The notes under the pieces are model-generated. The model was not told the DNA's origin, did no database searches, and saw only the letters and a program-made list of their open reading frames with translations. A DNA stretch of 63,271 bases, the filler included, from Octopus bimaculoides (Eukaryota), in NCBI RefSeq assembly GCF_001194135.2. It is 5 parts of 4 records of this genome, joined end to end, with 100 filler letters (N's around TTAATTAATTAA, not from the genome) between each part and the next. Parts side by side here need not be neighbours in the genome. Positions count along the whole stretch, not along the records: positions 48,862 to 63,271 come from NC_069003.1; 4 more parts are not named here. One strand, 5' to 3'. This document shows positions 49,044 to 61,334 of this stretch, one piece after another. Positions within the stretch are counted from its first letter, which is position 1; every line of letters begins with the position of its first letter. Both the position numbers and the translations under genes were made by a program.

Positions 49044-50521
49044 TGAATAGGTTTACTGTTCTGCTTACAGATATTTCTAATGTGCGAATCAGTCGCTTGG
49101 TTTTTTTTTTCCTGGAATTCCAAACTTATCCAAACTGACAGTATGTATGTATGTATGTATGTAGGTATGTACGTACGTACGTATGTTTTTTTTACCAGAT
49201 ATCTCTATGGAAAAGGGATTGTTCGAACATCTCTATTTATATTGTTTGATTTTCAAGCAATGGGGATTACCGTTGTTTCGATTAAGGCTTAAATCTCGAA
49301 GTGGGTTTCTTCATAATGATCGGAACCATATCCGCAGGCCTGGGTGCAAAGAGTGGTCGCGATATTCCCCTAAATGCAGTGGCTATCTATGGCCCTGGTA
49401 AGAAGCAGACAGCTGTGTGTCTCCAAGTGTGTGGAAACAATCTTAACAGAGGAGAAGAATAGCATTCTATTCACCCACTGCGTTTATGAGGGAGTAGCGG
49501 GTTGGAAAGGCATGTGGATGCTTGATTATATGGGGGATGAATTATTGGTTACCCTGCTTTAGGGTGTTTCAGGCTGTTTTCCCTATATAAAAACCAATTC
49601 CATTTGATAATTTCGATGAAACCACTTACTTACACAAAAATATACAGAAGATTTTACCAAGAGTAAACCGAACAAGTGTTTAAATAAGTATTTACATCCT
49701 AGCTTGGAAAGATTTTCGTGTTTTGAGAGGCTGGAAAATTGTGCGTTCCTTTTGTACCAACGATTCCTTTTAACCCGGAGCCAAACAACAACCAAGAAAT
49801 CTGTCTTCCCGTGGACCTCTGTTGCCTCTGCCTCTCTGGTGTGGTTGTGGTGCGCATCTCAATTTATAGCCATGTTTTGGCGAACAAGAAAAGTCAAAGA
49901 AAACTCCATCGATCGTACAATTGTTGCTGAAATATTTATTGGCCAGAATCCAGGGAAGTCACCTGATATGCTGTGGCTTCTCGTTACTGAGCTAACGCGG
50001 TTTCAAATAAAAATGTGGAAACTGATGGAGAATGTTGCGTTTCAGAGAACGGTTTCTGGGATGATATCCTGCTGGCTCGGCTTCATTTCTCACTCTTCCT
50101 AGATTTATAAAGTATCAGTAGTATTGTCATTTCTTTTCACTGCAATCCTTTTGTGCCTCAAAAGGGTGACTATACGAGCGAATATGAAATTAATAGTAGA
50201 GAAGTGGGGGAGGCTTCTCTCCAGGTAAGTCCACGAATCGATAACACCACGCAGTGGGAGTTAAATCATTTTCTGTTGTCGGCCTTTCTCAGTCTGTAAT
50301 TATGTTTTAATAGCAGACGCGGAGTTGTAAATTTTCCATTATAAAAATAGTTCTTATTAAACATTATGAATTAATTAAAGTAACAATTTTTTATTTATTA
50401 ATTAAAATATTATAAATTAATTAAAATGATAGTTTTTTTATTTATTATTTTAATTGATTCAAATAGTATTGAAATCAATTAACATATTAGTTTGTGATTA
50501 ATTTTCTTTTATCTGTTTTAG

Positions 50522-50959
50522 GTCGTAAGGCGAAACGTAAACCGGACTTGTAAATGTTACGGTGTATCAGGCTCTTGCACAACACGGACCTGTTGGAGAC
50601 AGTTAGCACCATTTTCTAAAATCAGTGCCATCCTTAAAGAAAAATACGAAAAGGCCGTCCGCGTAAACAGTTTCTCGGAACAACGACTAAATAGCATAGG
50701 AGACAATCTTCGTGTGAAACATAACGAACTGCTGTACATAGAGAAATCTCCAAGCTTTTGCCGCCGGACTCGCTATTCGTCCGGTATTTCAGGTCGAGTT
50801 TGCATGAAGGGAGAGAACTGTAAAGTTATGTGTTGTGGTCGTGGTTACAATGTGGAAAGTATTGATGTACAGAAACACTGCTTGTGTAACGTAATTTCGT
50901 GCTGTCATGTTAAATGTAAAATATGCAACACTAAACATGAAGTTCATACTTGCAAATAA
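50522..50959 (+). CDS. Wnt9: Terminal coding exon of a Wnt ligand, most similar to the Wnt9 subfamily
   Basis: AG acceptor at 50520-50521, then 145 open codons and TAA: VVRRNVNRTCKCYGVSGSCTTRTCWRQLAPFSKISAILKEKYEKAVRV...LLYIEKSPSFCRRTRYSSGISGRVCMKGENCKVMCCGRGYNVESIDVQKHCLCNVISCCHVKCKICNTKHEVHTCK*. It has 16 Cys in Wnt spacing. RTCWRQLAPF, SPSFC and the short GRxC-x5-C spacing are Wnt9 traits. Wnt identity is very secure; the subfamily call is less so. Confidence 0.9.
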   Translation, partial: VVRRNVNRTCKCYGVSGSCTTRTCWRQLAPFSKISAILKEKYEKAVRVNSFSEQRLNSIGDNLRVKHNELLYIEKSPSFCRRTRYSSGISGRVCMKGENCKVMCCGRGYNVESIDVQKHCLCNVISCCHVKCKICNTKHEVHTCK

Positions 50960-51072
50960 TGCAAAGATAGAGAAGAAAAATGTTTGTAAATGGATTCGAA
51001 GAAGAGAAACTGAATGACACGAACAATAATCATTAAAAGAATTTGAAATCAGGAGAAAATATTAAGAGTGAA

Positions 51073-51078
51073 AATAAA
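51073..51078 (+). terminator. Candidate polyadenylation signal for the Wnt gene
   Basis: AATAAA about 115 nt after the stop codon. The region is AT-rich, so a chance occurrence is likely. Confidence 0.25.
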
Positions 51079-51195
51079 TAAAAACAACAGAAACTTTACT
51101 CACCACAAATAATACCATAATAACTCATCTACGTCTGTCCATTAATAAATTAATAACGAAATTGATATACAATCAAATACATTCAGTCGCGCGCG

Positions 51196-51242
<47 letters not shown>

Positions 51243-51849
51243 CCTTCCTTTCTCTATTTGGAGATCAGGCAACAATTATTATTAAATAAGCTGAAGTTTC
51301 GAATATTTTTGCATGTATTGGTTGGTTTCTTCAGAAGGTTGAATCTCATATTGTTACAGGAGAGGAGAATGAGAATATGTGACGTTTATGCTTTCTCATA
51401 GCAATTAACGACTTAAGTTAGGTCGATTATGACCAGCTTGAAACGAAAAACCATCTGGCTAACATTTAACTTCCGTCTAGTGACGATAGAACTGATTGGA
51501 CATACTTCCGGCTTCTATCTTAAACCCCTAAACACACACAGAGGAAGACATTGCTGCATAATAACGAATGCTACATTAATTACCTCGTCTTACTACATTT
51601 ATCGCAGCGATAATGAACTATACCTTCATTCGGTACAGAAAGGGACGCACCTCCCCATCTATGGCGATCGAACTGAGTGTGATTCAACCACAAACATTTT
51701 CCCTACTAAAGCTGATGATACAAAGAGGAAACTTTGCCGATAAAAGAATAAAATTAATCATCAATTAATATTGCTTATATTTTTTAACCTCCTGTTTTAT
51801 TTTACTGCAACTGTTTTGATGTTCAAAGTATTGTGTGACACATTAAATA

Positions 51850-52312
51850 TATAAGATGGCGCACGAGATAATAGCCTGAGTTCCGTAACAGTCTGCTCCG
51901 TTATCTTCACCGCAGCCTCACCACATTAGTTGATTGTAAGATTGCATTGAGCGATCATCTCTAGTCTTTTCAGCAAGATGTCGTACTCAATAGCGGAAAG
52001 ACTGGAGGTTGTGGAAGCGTATCAGAGAACGGTTGTATTAAGCAAACGCGTGAAATTTTTGAAGTCAAGTTTCCAGGTAAAGGCTTACCGTCAATGAGAA
52101 CGATACAAATGTTGGTTAAGAAGTGGCACAACGCACCAAAACAACGACACTCTTCGGTTAGAATGCCTGAATTTATACAGAACATTCACCAAAGGATTAC
52201 TTGAAGTCCATAGAAGTCAACCTGTAAATTGGCGCAACAGCCTCACATAAGCAGGAGTTTAGGCCAACAAGTGTTGAGAAATTTAAAGTTGAAGCCATAC
52301 CATACAGCTGTT
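51850..52312 (+). mobile_element. maT/DD37D-like transposase N-terminal (HTH) fragment
   Basis: From ATG 51978: MSYSIAERLEVVEAYQR/GCIKQTREIFEVKFPGKGLPSMRTIQMLVKKW...LKLKPYH, frameshifted. Confidence 0.6.
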
Positions 52313-54761
52313 AAAAGCTTACTTTTTCGGTTGAAATAACACAAAGACACTTGCAAACGAAAGGCTGGGTACCTTTTCGTGTGTTTAAATTTATTTCTGT
52401 ATTTACACCATACTACGGAACCTGGGCTACTTTCTCGTGCGATATATGTGTGGAGGTCAGGTATGTTGTTTTTAAGTACAGGCTCTGAAACATCGACCCA
52501 TCAGCCAGTTGTCCTACAAATCGCTTAGCAACATTTCACCAATCTTTATGTTCTGAAAAAATATATATTAGCAAGAGAGGCAGTATTAACACCTAGAGGG
52601 GATCTTTATCCCCACTTAAAAGTGGATGTTCTGTTAGAACAAACTATGCTGCGGTGGATATCACGAGAGAAAGTCTCATGTTGACTTTTGGTGCTGGTAA
52701 GTAGTCATACTGCTTCTTCTGTCACTATTTGTTTTAACAAGCTCAAAGGCTAATCGCGACATCAGCGCCTTTTCGGCCATTGTTATTCTATATGTTATTC
52801 TGGCGGGGAGATAAGTCGCTGCTATCTCTTACGATCGAGCGTCCATCATTGGCAAGACCAAAGAAGGTCGAAATCACGTGACCTTGTGGTCTCGGCGCTG
52901 AAGATGGCGGGGGATTTATCTCCTCGTTAGCGATATAAATAAGAGTACATGTTATACAAAAATTCAATATGGGAGTTTCTCTCAAAGTTTCAACCACAGT
53001 ATAGTTTGTTCTAAAAGAATATGAAAGTTTAAGCGAGGATAAATATTACTACTTTTTGTTCTGAGTTCAGATTCCGCCATGTCGATTTTACCTTTCCATT
53101 TTTCGGGGACGATGAAATGAGTACCAACCGAGTATTGGAGTAGATGTAATCGACTGGCCTCTCCCAAAAATCTTCAAGCAAAATCGATCAAATCTGAACT
53201 CAGAACATAAAGAAGTAATCTTTATCCCCATTCAAACGTGGATGCACTGTTCAAAGAAATGACACTGCGCTCGAGACCAGAAGAGAAACTCTCGTGCTGG
53301 CTTTTGGTGCTGAGTCGACCGCTTCTTTTGTTTAGAATCAGTGTCAGACTTTAAAAACTAAGTCGTGAGATCGATTTGTTTCACTCATCCCTTCAAATCG
53401 GTGCCCCAGCTTGGCCACAGTCTAATGACTGAAACAGGCAGAAGGTAAAAGATATCAGTTTCTGACCTTAAAACACAAGTTTTCACCTTTTGTTTGTTTT
53501 CTTTTTTCGTTATATTTCTATAATTTTTCTTCTTTTTCATCATCTCTACCACACTAACTATTGTTACGACTTTCTATGTATCTTCATTCGAACCTGTCTT
53601 CCTTATATTTGAGCTACAATTAAAGAATGGATTTCATTCATCTAAATAAACCTCTTCATTTACTTTAACGTCCCTTTTAATTCCTCTGCTCAATAAGAGA
53701 TATCTTTCATTATTGTCACTTTAGCCTCCCCACACCCATTTCATTATGTACTTAAGTATTATTAATTCAGCTTTGCACTTCGAAAACCTGTGTCCTTCCT
53801 ATTGGTCTTGCCCCTGACTTAACCTCAAAGCTAGTGTATAAACTCGACATGGTTTACAGGCAAACATTTCTCTCTAAAAGTGTGAAAAAGATTTAAATAT
53901 CTCCATTTACTTTATTGATAGGATTAAGTACACATGATAGGATTCTGTCAGAATCGTGCTCACAATTTTTCTCAGACATGTTCGAGATTTTCTCAAAGAT
54001 ATCAACAAAGATAACAAATATGCCAGCAGTCAACGTTTTAAAATAGAAACAGTTTAGAAATTATATTTTTGTGTTAATCTCTTAAAGAACACAAAGACAG
54101 TGTAATATACGATAGAAATATTTGATTTATGAGATCCGTGAAAGAAAAGTGCGAGCTGGTTTCGATTCCAGTTAGAACTAAATACCATACAATATTGTTC
54201 AAGGGTTCCAAACTTTTNNNNNNNNNNNNNNNNNNNNNNNNNNNNNNNNNNNNNNNNNNNNNNNNNNNNNNNNNNNNNNNNNNNNNNNNNNNNNNNNNNN
54301 NNNNNNNNNNNNNNNNNNNNNNNNNNNNNNNNNNNNNNNNNNNNNNNNNNNNNNNNNNNNNNNNNNNNNNNNNNNNNNNNNNNNNNNNNNNNNNNNNNNN
54401 NNNNNNNNNNNNNNNNNNNNNNNNNNNNNNNNNNNNNNNNNNNNNNNNNNNNNNNNNNNNNNNNNNNNNNNNNNNNNNNNNNNNNNNNNNNNNNNNNNNN
54501 NNNNNNNNNNNNNNNNNNNNNNNNNNNNNNNNNNNNNNNNNNNNNNNNNNNNNNNNNNNNNNNNNNNNNNNNNNNNNNNNNNNNNNNNNNNNNNNNNNNN
54601 NNNNNNNNNNNNNNNNNNNNNNNNNNNNNNNNNNNNNNNNNNNNNNNNNNNNNNNNNNNNNNNNNNNNNNNNNNNNNNNNNNNNNNNNNNNNNNNNNNNN
54701 NNNNNNNNNNNNNNNNNNNNNNNNNNNNNNNNNNNNNNNNNNNNNNNNNNNNNNNNNNNNN

Positions 54762-55945
54762 GGTTGGTGGATCACAGTGAGTAATATTTACGGCATTTTT
54801 TACTTTAAAAGAGAAACATTTTTCACAAATGTTCACTACCTTGCAAAAACTATATCAGCAGCATAGTGAGACAAGACCACGACTACCTATGACCGTCTAC
54901 TTCCTACTCTCTCTCTATATACTGACCGACATCACCTTATTTATAATGACTAGTAACATACCACTTGTGGGAGGGATGTACTATTATTATTATTAACCCC
55001 ACAACATCTCCCTTTTAAGTTTTTCTTAGAGAGTGTCATTTCATTTCTTTTAATAGCAATACTTTTTATATCACCCCCTCCATTTTTTGAGCTTTTTTTT
55101 TTTTTTTCTTAGTTACACATTTAATATTTTTTTTCCTTTTGGCATCTACTTCTAGGAATTCCATACATTTTCTTTTTCTTACGCTTGTGTGTCTGGGTTC
55201 AATCACCTGTGGTTTCATTGTACTTGAAATGTATCGTATAAACATTCCATTGGTTCTTCCATTCTCTTGGGTTCGCTCTCAATGAATCTTTTTTTTTTCC
55301 AGTTGGTTCATGTGTCTCTTGTATATGCCTTTTCTACTTTTTACCAAGTATAGCATTTTTCTTATGCGTTTGGTAATCACACTATCTTCGCAACCCTGTT
55401 ATATGCTCTTCTCACAAATACATTTTCACCAATTTTGAAAAATCTTGCTGCATTTTCCATTGCAATTTTTCTTTTCTTGCCCGGTAGCAATTTGTCGAAG
55501 AGTGATTTTATTTTCTTCGCAAACATCAGCTCCACTGGTGACATACCTGCTGGTGTATTTGAATTTGGTGTCACAAAGTATACTCTTAAGAGTTATTGTA
55601 GAGCTACCTCATCCATGGCTCTCTTGAATACATCGACAAAGCGTTCTGCTTGTCCGTCAGATCGGGGATGGTACGGCGCTGTAGTTACATGTTCTACAGC
55701 AAACGTTTTACAGAACTTTTTAAATTCAAGACACAAATTGTATTCCATTGTCAGACACTATAGTGTCTGGGATGCTAAATCTCGCATACTGCTCATGTAA
55801 AAAATTTGTCGCAGTTGGGGAAACTGGTTTTTTACACCAACAAACTTCTGGCCATTTACAGAAACTATTAACTACCACTAGGTAGTATGGACTGTTTAAA
55901 GGTCCAGTGAAATGGTATCACTATTTTCTGTGCATCGACGAGAAC
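54762..55945 (-). mobile_element. Gypsy-type LTR retrotransposon remnant: integrase, polypurine tract and start of the 3' LTR
   Basis: Minus strand HFTGPLNSPYYLVVVNSFCKWPEV...PDTIVSDNGIQF...TTAPYHPRSDGQAERFVDVFKRAM...TPNSNTPAGMSPVELMF. PPT aaaagggaga (55007-55016) directly precedes TG at 55006, and the LTR runs into the gap. Confidence 0.85.
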
Positions 55946-58448
55946 GCCATCACAAATTGAGTCTAGGTTCACGTCTTGGTTTTCTTTCGCACCAATCCTG
56001 TTCCGATTTACTTTGCCTGACCTCAGTCTTAGTTTCACTTCTCTTCTGAATTTGTCTTTTACCGCATTTCACTTTGTCTTTTAAGATTACTGGTAATTTG
56101 CGTACCACATTCCTCTTTACACAGCAGCATCGGTTGTCAAGCGATGGTGGGAGGACAAATGCAGACGCACACACACACACATGTACATATATATGACGGT
56201 CTTCTTTCAGTTTCCATCTACCAAATCCACTCACAAGGCTTTGGTCAGCCCGAGGCTATAGTAGAAGACACTTGCCCAAGGTGCCACGCCGTGGGACTGA
56301 ACCCGGAACCGTGTGGTTGGTAAACAAGCTACTTACCACACAGCCACTCCTGCGCCTATAGGCAAGGAAATGACAAAAAGCTAATCGTTGTTTTCTTAAC
56401 GTTTGCAATAACTCACACCACAATTATAACAACAACGATTATTACTATTTGTTCCTCAGCTACAAATTCATTGTAGGTGAATGTCCATCGGTGACAAGAC
56501 CAAGGAAGGTCGAAATCATGGGACCTGGTGCCCTCACTGCTGGAGGTGGTGGGAATCGATCTCCTCACTAGCGATAGACGCCAGCATTTGTTTTGCACCA
56601 AAAGTCAATATGAGAGTTCCTCATATTTACCACAGTTTAATTTATTCTAACAAAACATCCACGTTTATGTGGGGTAAATATCATCTCTTGATATATCTAT
56701 TATTATACCTAGTGTTTCTTGATATTCCCTCAGCTCCCACCCAAACACTTCGTCTAAAACCTGGCTGCTCCAAATTGTCTAATAATAATAATAATGACAA
56801 ATCACAGTCAATCTCAAGAACTTTGTTTACAATTTTCGCAGAACACAGAATTGAGAGACTCACTTCGCCAACCCACAGAAAAGTGCCATCTTGTATTCGG
56901 CAGGAATCCTAAGAAAGGGGCTCAAGATTTGAGATTTGCTGTCATGTAATACTAATAACACTTCTTTGTACTCTAGGCGCAAGGCCTGAAATTTTGGAGG
57001 AGGGGTGAGTTGATTACAACAGCCTCAGTCCTCAACTGATATTTATTTCAGCAGCCCTAAAAGGATGAAAAGCAAAATCAATCTCTGCAGAGGAATTTGA
57101 ACTTAGAATGCAAAGATGAACAAAATGTTCATTTTGTTCAGTATGCTAACAGATCACCACCTTAATAATAATAACAACAACATCAACAACAATATCAATA
57201 TTAATATTCTTCAGAAATTATGAAAAGTATAAAAAACAGTCTATTTGTAAATAATTATTAGTTTTGTCAAATGTGTGAATTAAGAAATGAGTCATGAAAA
57301 ATAGTAGCAACAATGAAACCAACTTCCTAAGCAGGCAATGATTTTTTTTTTTTTTTTTACAGTGTGTGTGTGAAAGTGTTGAAATACTGTTTTATTATTA
57401 TTATTGTTATTAAAATAAGAAATGGTTAGTTCCAGGTTCATATATATATACTGCCAGAGGTAGTTGTCAGTTGCTTTCCATGATTTGAAAATAGCTGATA
57501 ATGTTGATTAATGTGTTAAATAAATGTTGGGAAGTGATCAATGAGTATAAATGACAAACAGAGTATTTTTTTGTGAGTTTTTAAATGACATCAAAGAGCT
57601 TTCAGGTTGAGCATGTAATAGGTTTTGTTTGCTCTTTTGCTGGTGCTTTCAGATTGCATATATTCTCAAATCACACATCTATCTTTTGTGGGGGATCAAG
57701 AAATCAGCCTGAAAAATAAAACAAAAGAAAATTAGAATATTACATCCATGACAGAGATGCTCTTTTACATGGCAAAAATATAACCTAAAAACCTATATAC
57801 ACACGCGAGCGCGCGCAGCAGGCTTCCAGTGTCCATCTATGAAATTCACACACAAGGCATTGGTCAACCCAAGGCTGCGGTAGATCTTGTCCAAGGTGCT
57901 TGGATGAAAAACAAGCTTAGAAGTGTAATACAATCAGAGCATGTGCTTTACTAGGTAGATGACACCTTCCAAACTACCACAATTACTATTTCAATGCACT
58001 TTCTCTCTCAAAAACACGTATATGTGTGTGTGAGACCAAAGTGTACATATGCCGCTATATATGTGTGTATACATGTATATATATACATGTGTATATATAT
58101 ATATATATGTATATACACGGTGGTGATCCAGCATGACCACAGCCACTTGGCTGAAACCCATAAATAAATATATATATATATATACATTGTATATATATAA
58201 ATTTATATATATGTGTATAAATATATAAACGGATAAAGAGAACGATGGTAAAGTTAGAAATATATAACTTTACCATTGTTCTCTTTATCCTTTTATACAT
58301 ACACACGCTAATACACGACTTATAATCTCCAACCCTGTTCATACGATTGGGGCACAACTAGCCTGTATACAGCACTTACTCGGTATTACCTGTATCTTCG
58401 GGTTTGGTTAAATCCAATACCCTCCTTAACCTTATATATATATATATA

Positions 58449-61303
58449 TGAACGTACGATCGTTCGTTCTTACGTAAGTACGTTCGTTAGTTCATACGTA
58501 CGTTCGTTCGCACGTTCATTCGTTCCTAAGTACGTACGTTCTTTCGTTATTTCCTGCCTACGTAATACGTACGTACGTTCATTCGTTCGTTCGTACTTTC
58601 GTTCGTTTCTTCGTTCGTACGTACGTTCTTTCGTTAATTCCTGCCTACGTAATACGTACGTCCGTTCTTTCGTTATTTCCTGCATACGTACGAACGTTCG
58701 TTCGTTGAATCGTTCGGACGTACGTATATATGTACGTTCGTGCGATCGTTCATACGTACGTACGAACGTAAGTTCGTTCTTTCGTCCGTAGGTACGCAAG
58801 TACGTTCGTTCCTTCATTCGTACGTTTGTACGTTCTTTTTTTCGTTCCTTCCTTCGGTCGGTCGTACGTACGTACGTGTTTGTTCGTTCGTTTGTTCGTA
58901 CGTACGTTCGTTCACACGTACTTTCCTACTTTCATACGTTCTTAAATAAATAAATATATATATAAATAAAATAAATAGGTATATATATATATAAATCAAT
59001 AAATATATATATATATATAAAAAATAAATGTATATAAATATATATATCTATATAAATAAATTTATATCTATATATATAAATAAATATATATATATATAAA
59101 TATATATATTCGTTCGTACGTACGTACGTACGTACGTACGTATGTTTGTTCGTTCGTTCATACGTTCTTTCGTTATTTCCTACATACGCACGTTCGTTCG
59201 TTCGTACGTACGTACTTTCGATTGTACGTTCGTTCCTTCAATCGTTGTAGTTCGTTCGTTCGATCGTTAGTTCTTTCGTTCGTCCATTCGTACGTACGTT
59301 CGTTCGTTTGTTTGTTCCTACGAATGTATGTTCGTTCGTTTGTACGAACGTAACTACGTACGTACGTAAGTTCCTTTGTTCGTTCTTTCGTTTATTCGTA
59401 CGTACGCACGTACGATCGTTCGTTCATACTTACGTAAGTACGTTCGTTCTTTAATTCGTTCGATTGTTCGTTCGTACGTACGTACGTTCGTTCGTTCGTA
59501 CGCAGGTACGTACGTACGATCGTTCGTTCTTTCGTTCAATCATACGTACGTGCGTACGTACGATCGTTCGTTATTTCGTTCGTTCTTACGTAAGTACGTT
59601 CGATCTTTAATTCGTTCGATTGTTCGTTCGTTCTTTCGTACGTACGTACGTACGTTCTTTCTTTCCTGCTTACGTACGTTCGTTCCTTCAATCGTTCGTA
59701 CGTACGTACGTGTATATGTGCGTTCGTTCGTACTTTCGTATGTACGTTCGTTCGTACTTACGTAAGTACTTCGTTCGTTCGTACGTAAGTACGTTCGTTC
59801 GTTCGTACGTACGTACGTTCGCTCGTTCGGAAGGACGTACGTTCTTTCGTTATTTCCTGCCTACGTAATACGTACGTACTTACGTACGTACGTACGTTTG
59901 TTCGTTCGTTTCTTCGTTCGTACGTACGTACATTCTTTCGTTAACTCCTGCCCACGTAATACGTACGTACGTTCTTTTATCATACGTTCTTTTATCGTAC
60001 GTTCGTTCGTACGTCCGTTCTTTCGTTATTTCCTGCCTACGTACGTACGTTTATATGTACGTACGTACGTTTATATGTACGTTCCTTCGTACTTACGTAC
60101 GTTCGTTCGTTCTTTCATTAGTTCGTACATACGTACGTACGTTCGTTCGATCGTTCATACGTACGTTCGTTCCTTCATTCGTACGTTTGTACGTTCTTTT
60201 TTCGTTCCTTCCTTCCTACATATGTTCGTTCGTTCGTTCGGTCGGTCGTAAGTACGTACGTACATTTATTCGTTCGTTCGTTTGTTCGTACGTACGTTCG
60301 TTCATGAGTACTTTCGTTCGTTCGTACGTTCTTTCCGGCCTACGTAATACGTACGTTCGTTCGTTCGTTCGTTCGTAATTACGTACGTTCGTTTATTCGT
60401 TCGTTCTTACGTACGTACGTACGTACGTTTGTTCGTTCGTCCGTTCATTCATTCGTTCGTTCGTTATTTCCTACCTACTTACGTACGCACGTTAGTTCGT
60501 GCGTACGTTCGTTTGTTCGTACGTACTTTCTATTTTACGTTCGTTCGTTCAATCGTTCTTTCGTTCGTTCGTTCTTTCGTTCGTACGTACGTTCTTTCAT
60601 TATTTCTTCCCTGCGTACGTTCGTTCGTACGTACGAACGTGTGTATGTACGTTCGTTCGTACTTACGTACGTGCGTTCGTTCTTTCATTCGTTCGCACAT
60701 ACGTTCATTACTTCGTACTTGCTTACGTACGTACTTTCGTTCGTTTCTTCGTTCGTACGTACGTTCTTTCGTTATTTCCTGCCTACGTAATACGTACGTA
60801 CGTTCGTTCGTACGTCCGTTCTTTCGTTATTTCCTGCCTACGTTCGTACGTTCGTTCGTACGTACGTACGTTCGTTCGTACGTACGTATATATGTACGTT
60901 CGTTCGTACTTACGTACGTACGTTCGTGCGATCGTTCATACGTACGTACGAACGTAAGTTCGTTCATTCGTCCGTACGTACGTTCGTTCCTTCATTCGTA
61001 CGTTCTTTCATTCGTACGTTTGTACGTTCCTTTTTCGTTCCTTCCTTCCTACGTACGTTCGTTCGTTCGGTCGGTCGTAAGTACGTACGTACGTTTGTTT
61101 GTTTGTTCGTTTGTTTGTTTGTTCGTTTGTTCGTACGTACGTTCGTTCACACGTACTTTCCTTCGTTCATACGTTCTTAAATAAATAAATATATATATAA
61201 ATAAATAATTATATATAAATAAATAAATATATATGTAAATCAATAAATATATATATAAATAAAATAAATAAATATATAAATAAATATATATCTATATAAA
61301 TAA

Positions 61304-61334
<31 letters not shown>

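Noticed and set aside
49200-50100. ORFs 49704-50102 and 49739-49930 as upstream Wnt exons or a new gene
   Set aside because: No Wnt motifs or splice structure. Possibly a decayed retroelement, but I cannot support a family call.
50130-50230. Strong donor CAG|GTAAGT at 50225, 300 bp before the Wnt exon
   Set aside because: The upstream frame (HCNPFVPQKGDYTSEYEINSREVGEASLQ) has no Wnt similarity and lacks the expected HN..G motif.
51713-51735. CTGATGA...GAAAC motif
   Set aside because: No stem II or stem I complementarity.
3561-54866. Long ORFs made mostly of X, or of YI/CV/HT/poly-Met/poly-Ile runs
   Set aside because: They run through N gaps and di- or trinucleotide microsatellites and are not coding evidence.
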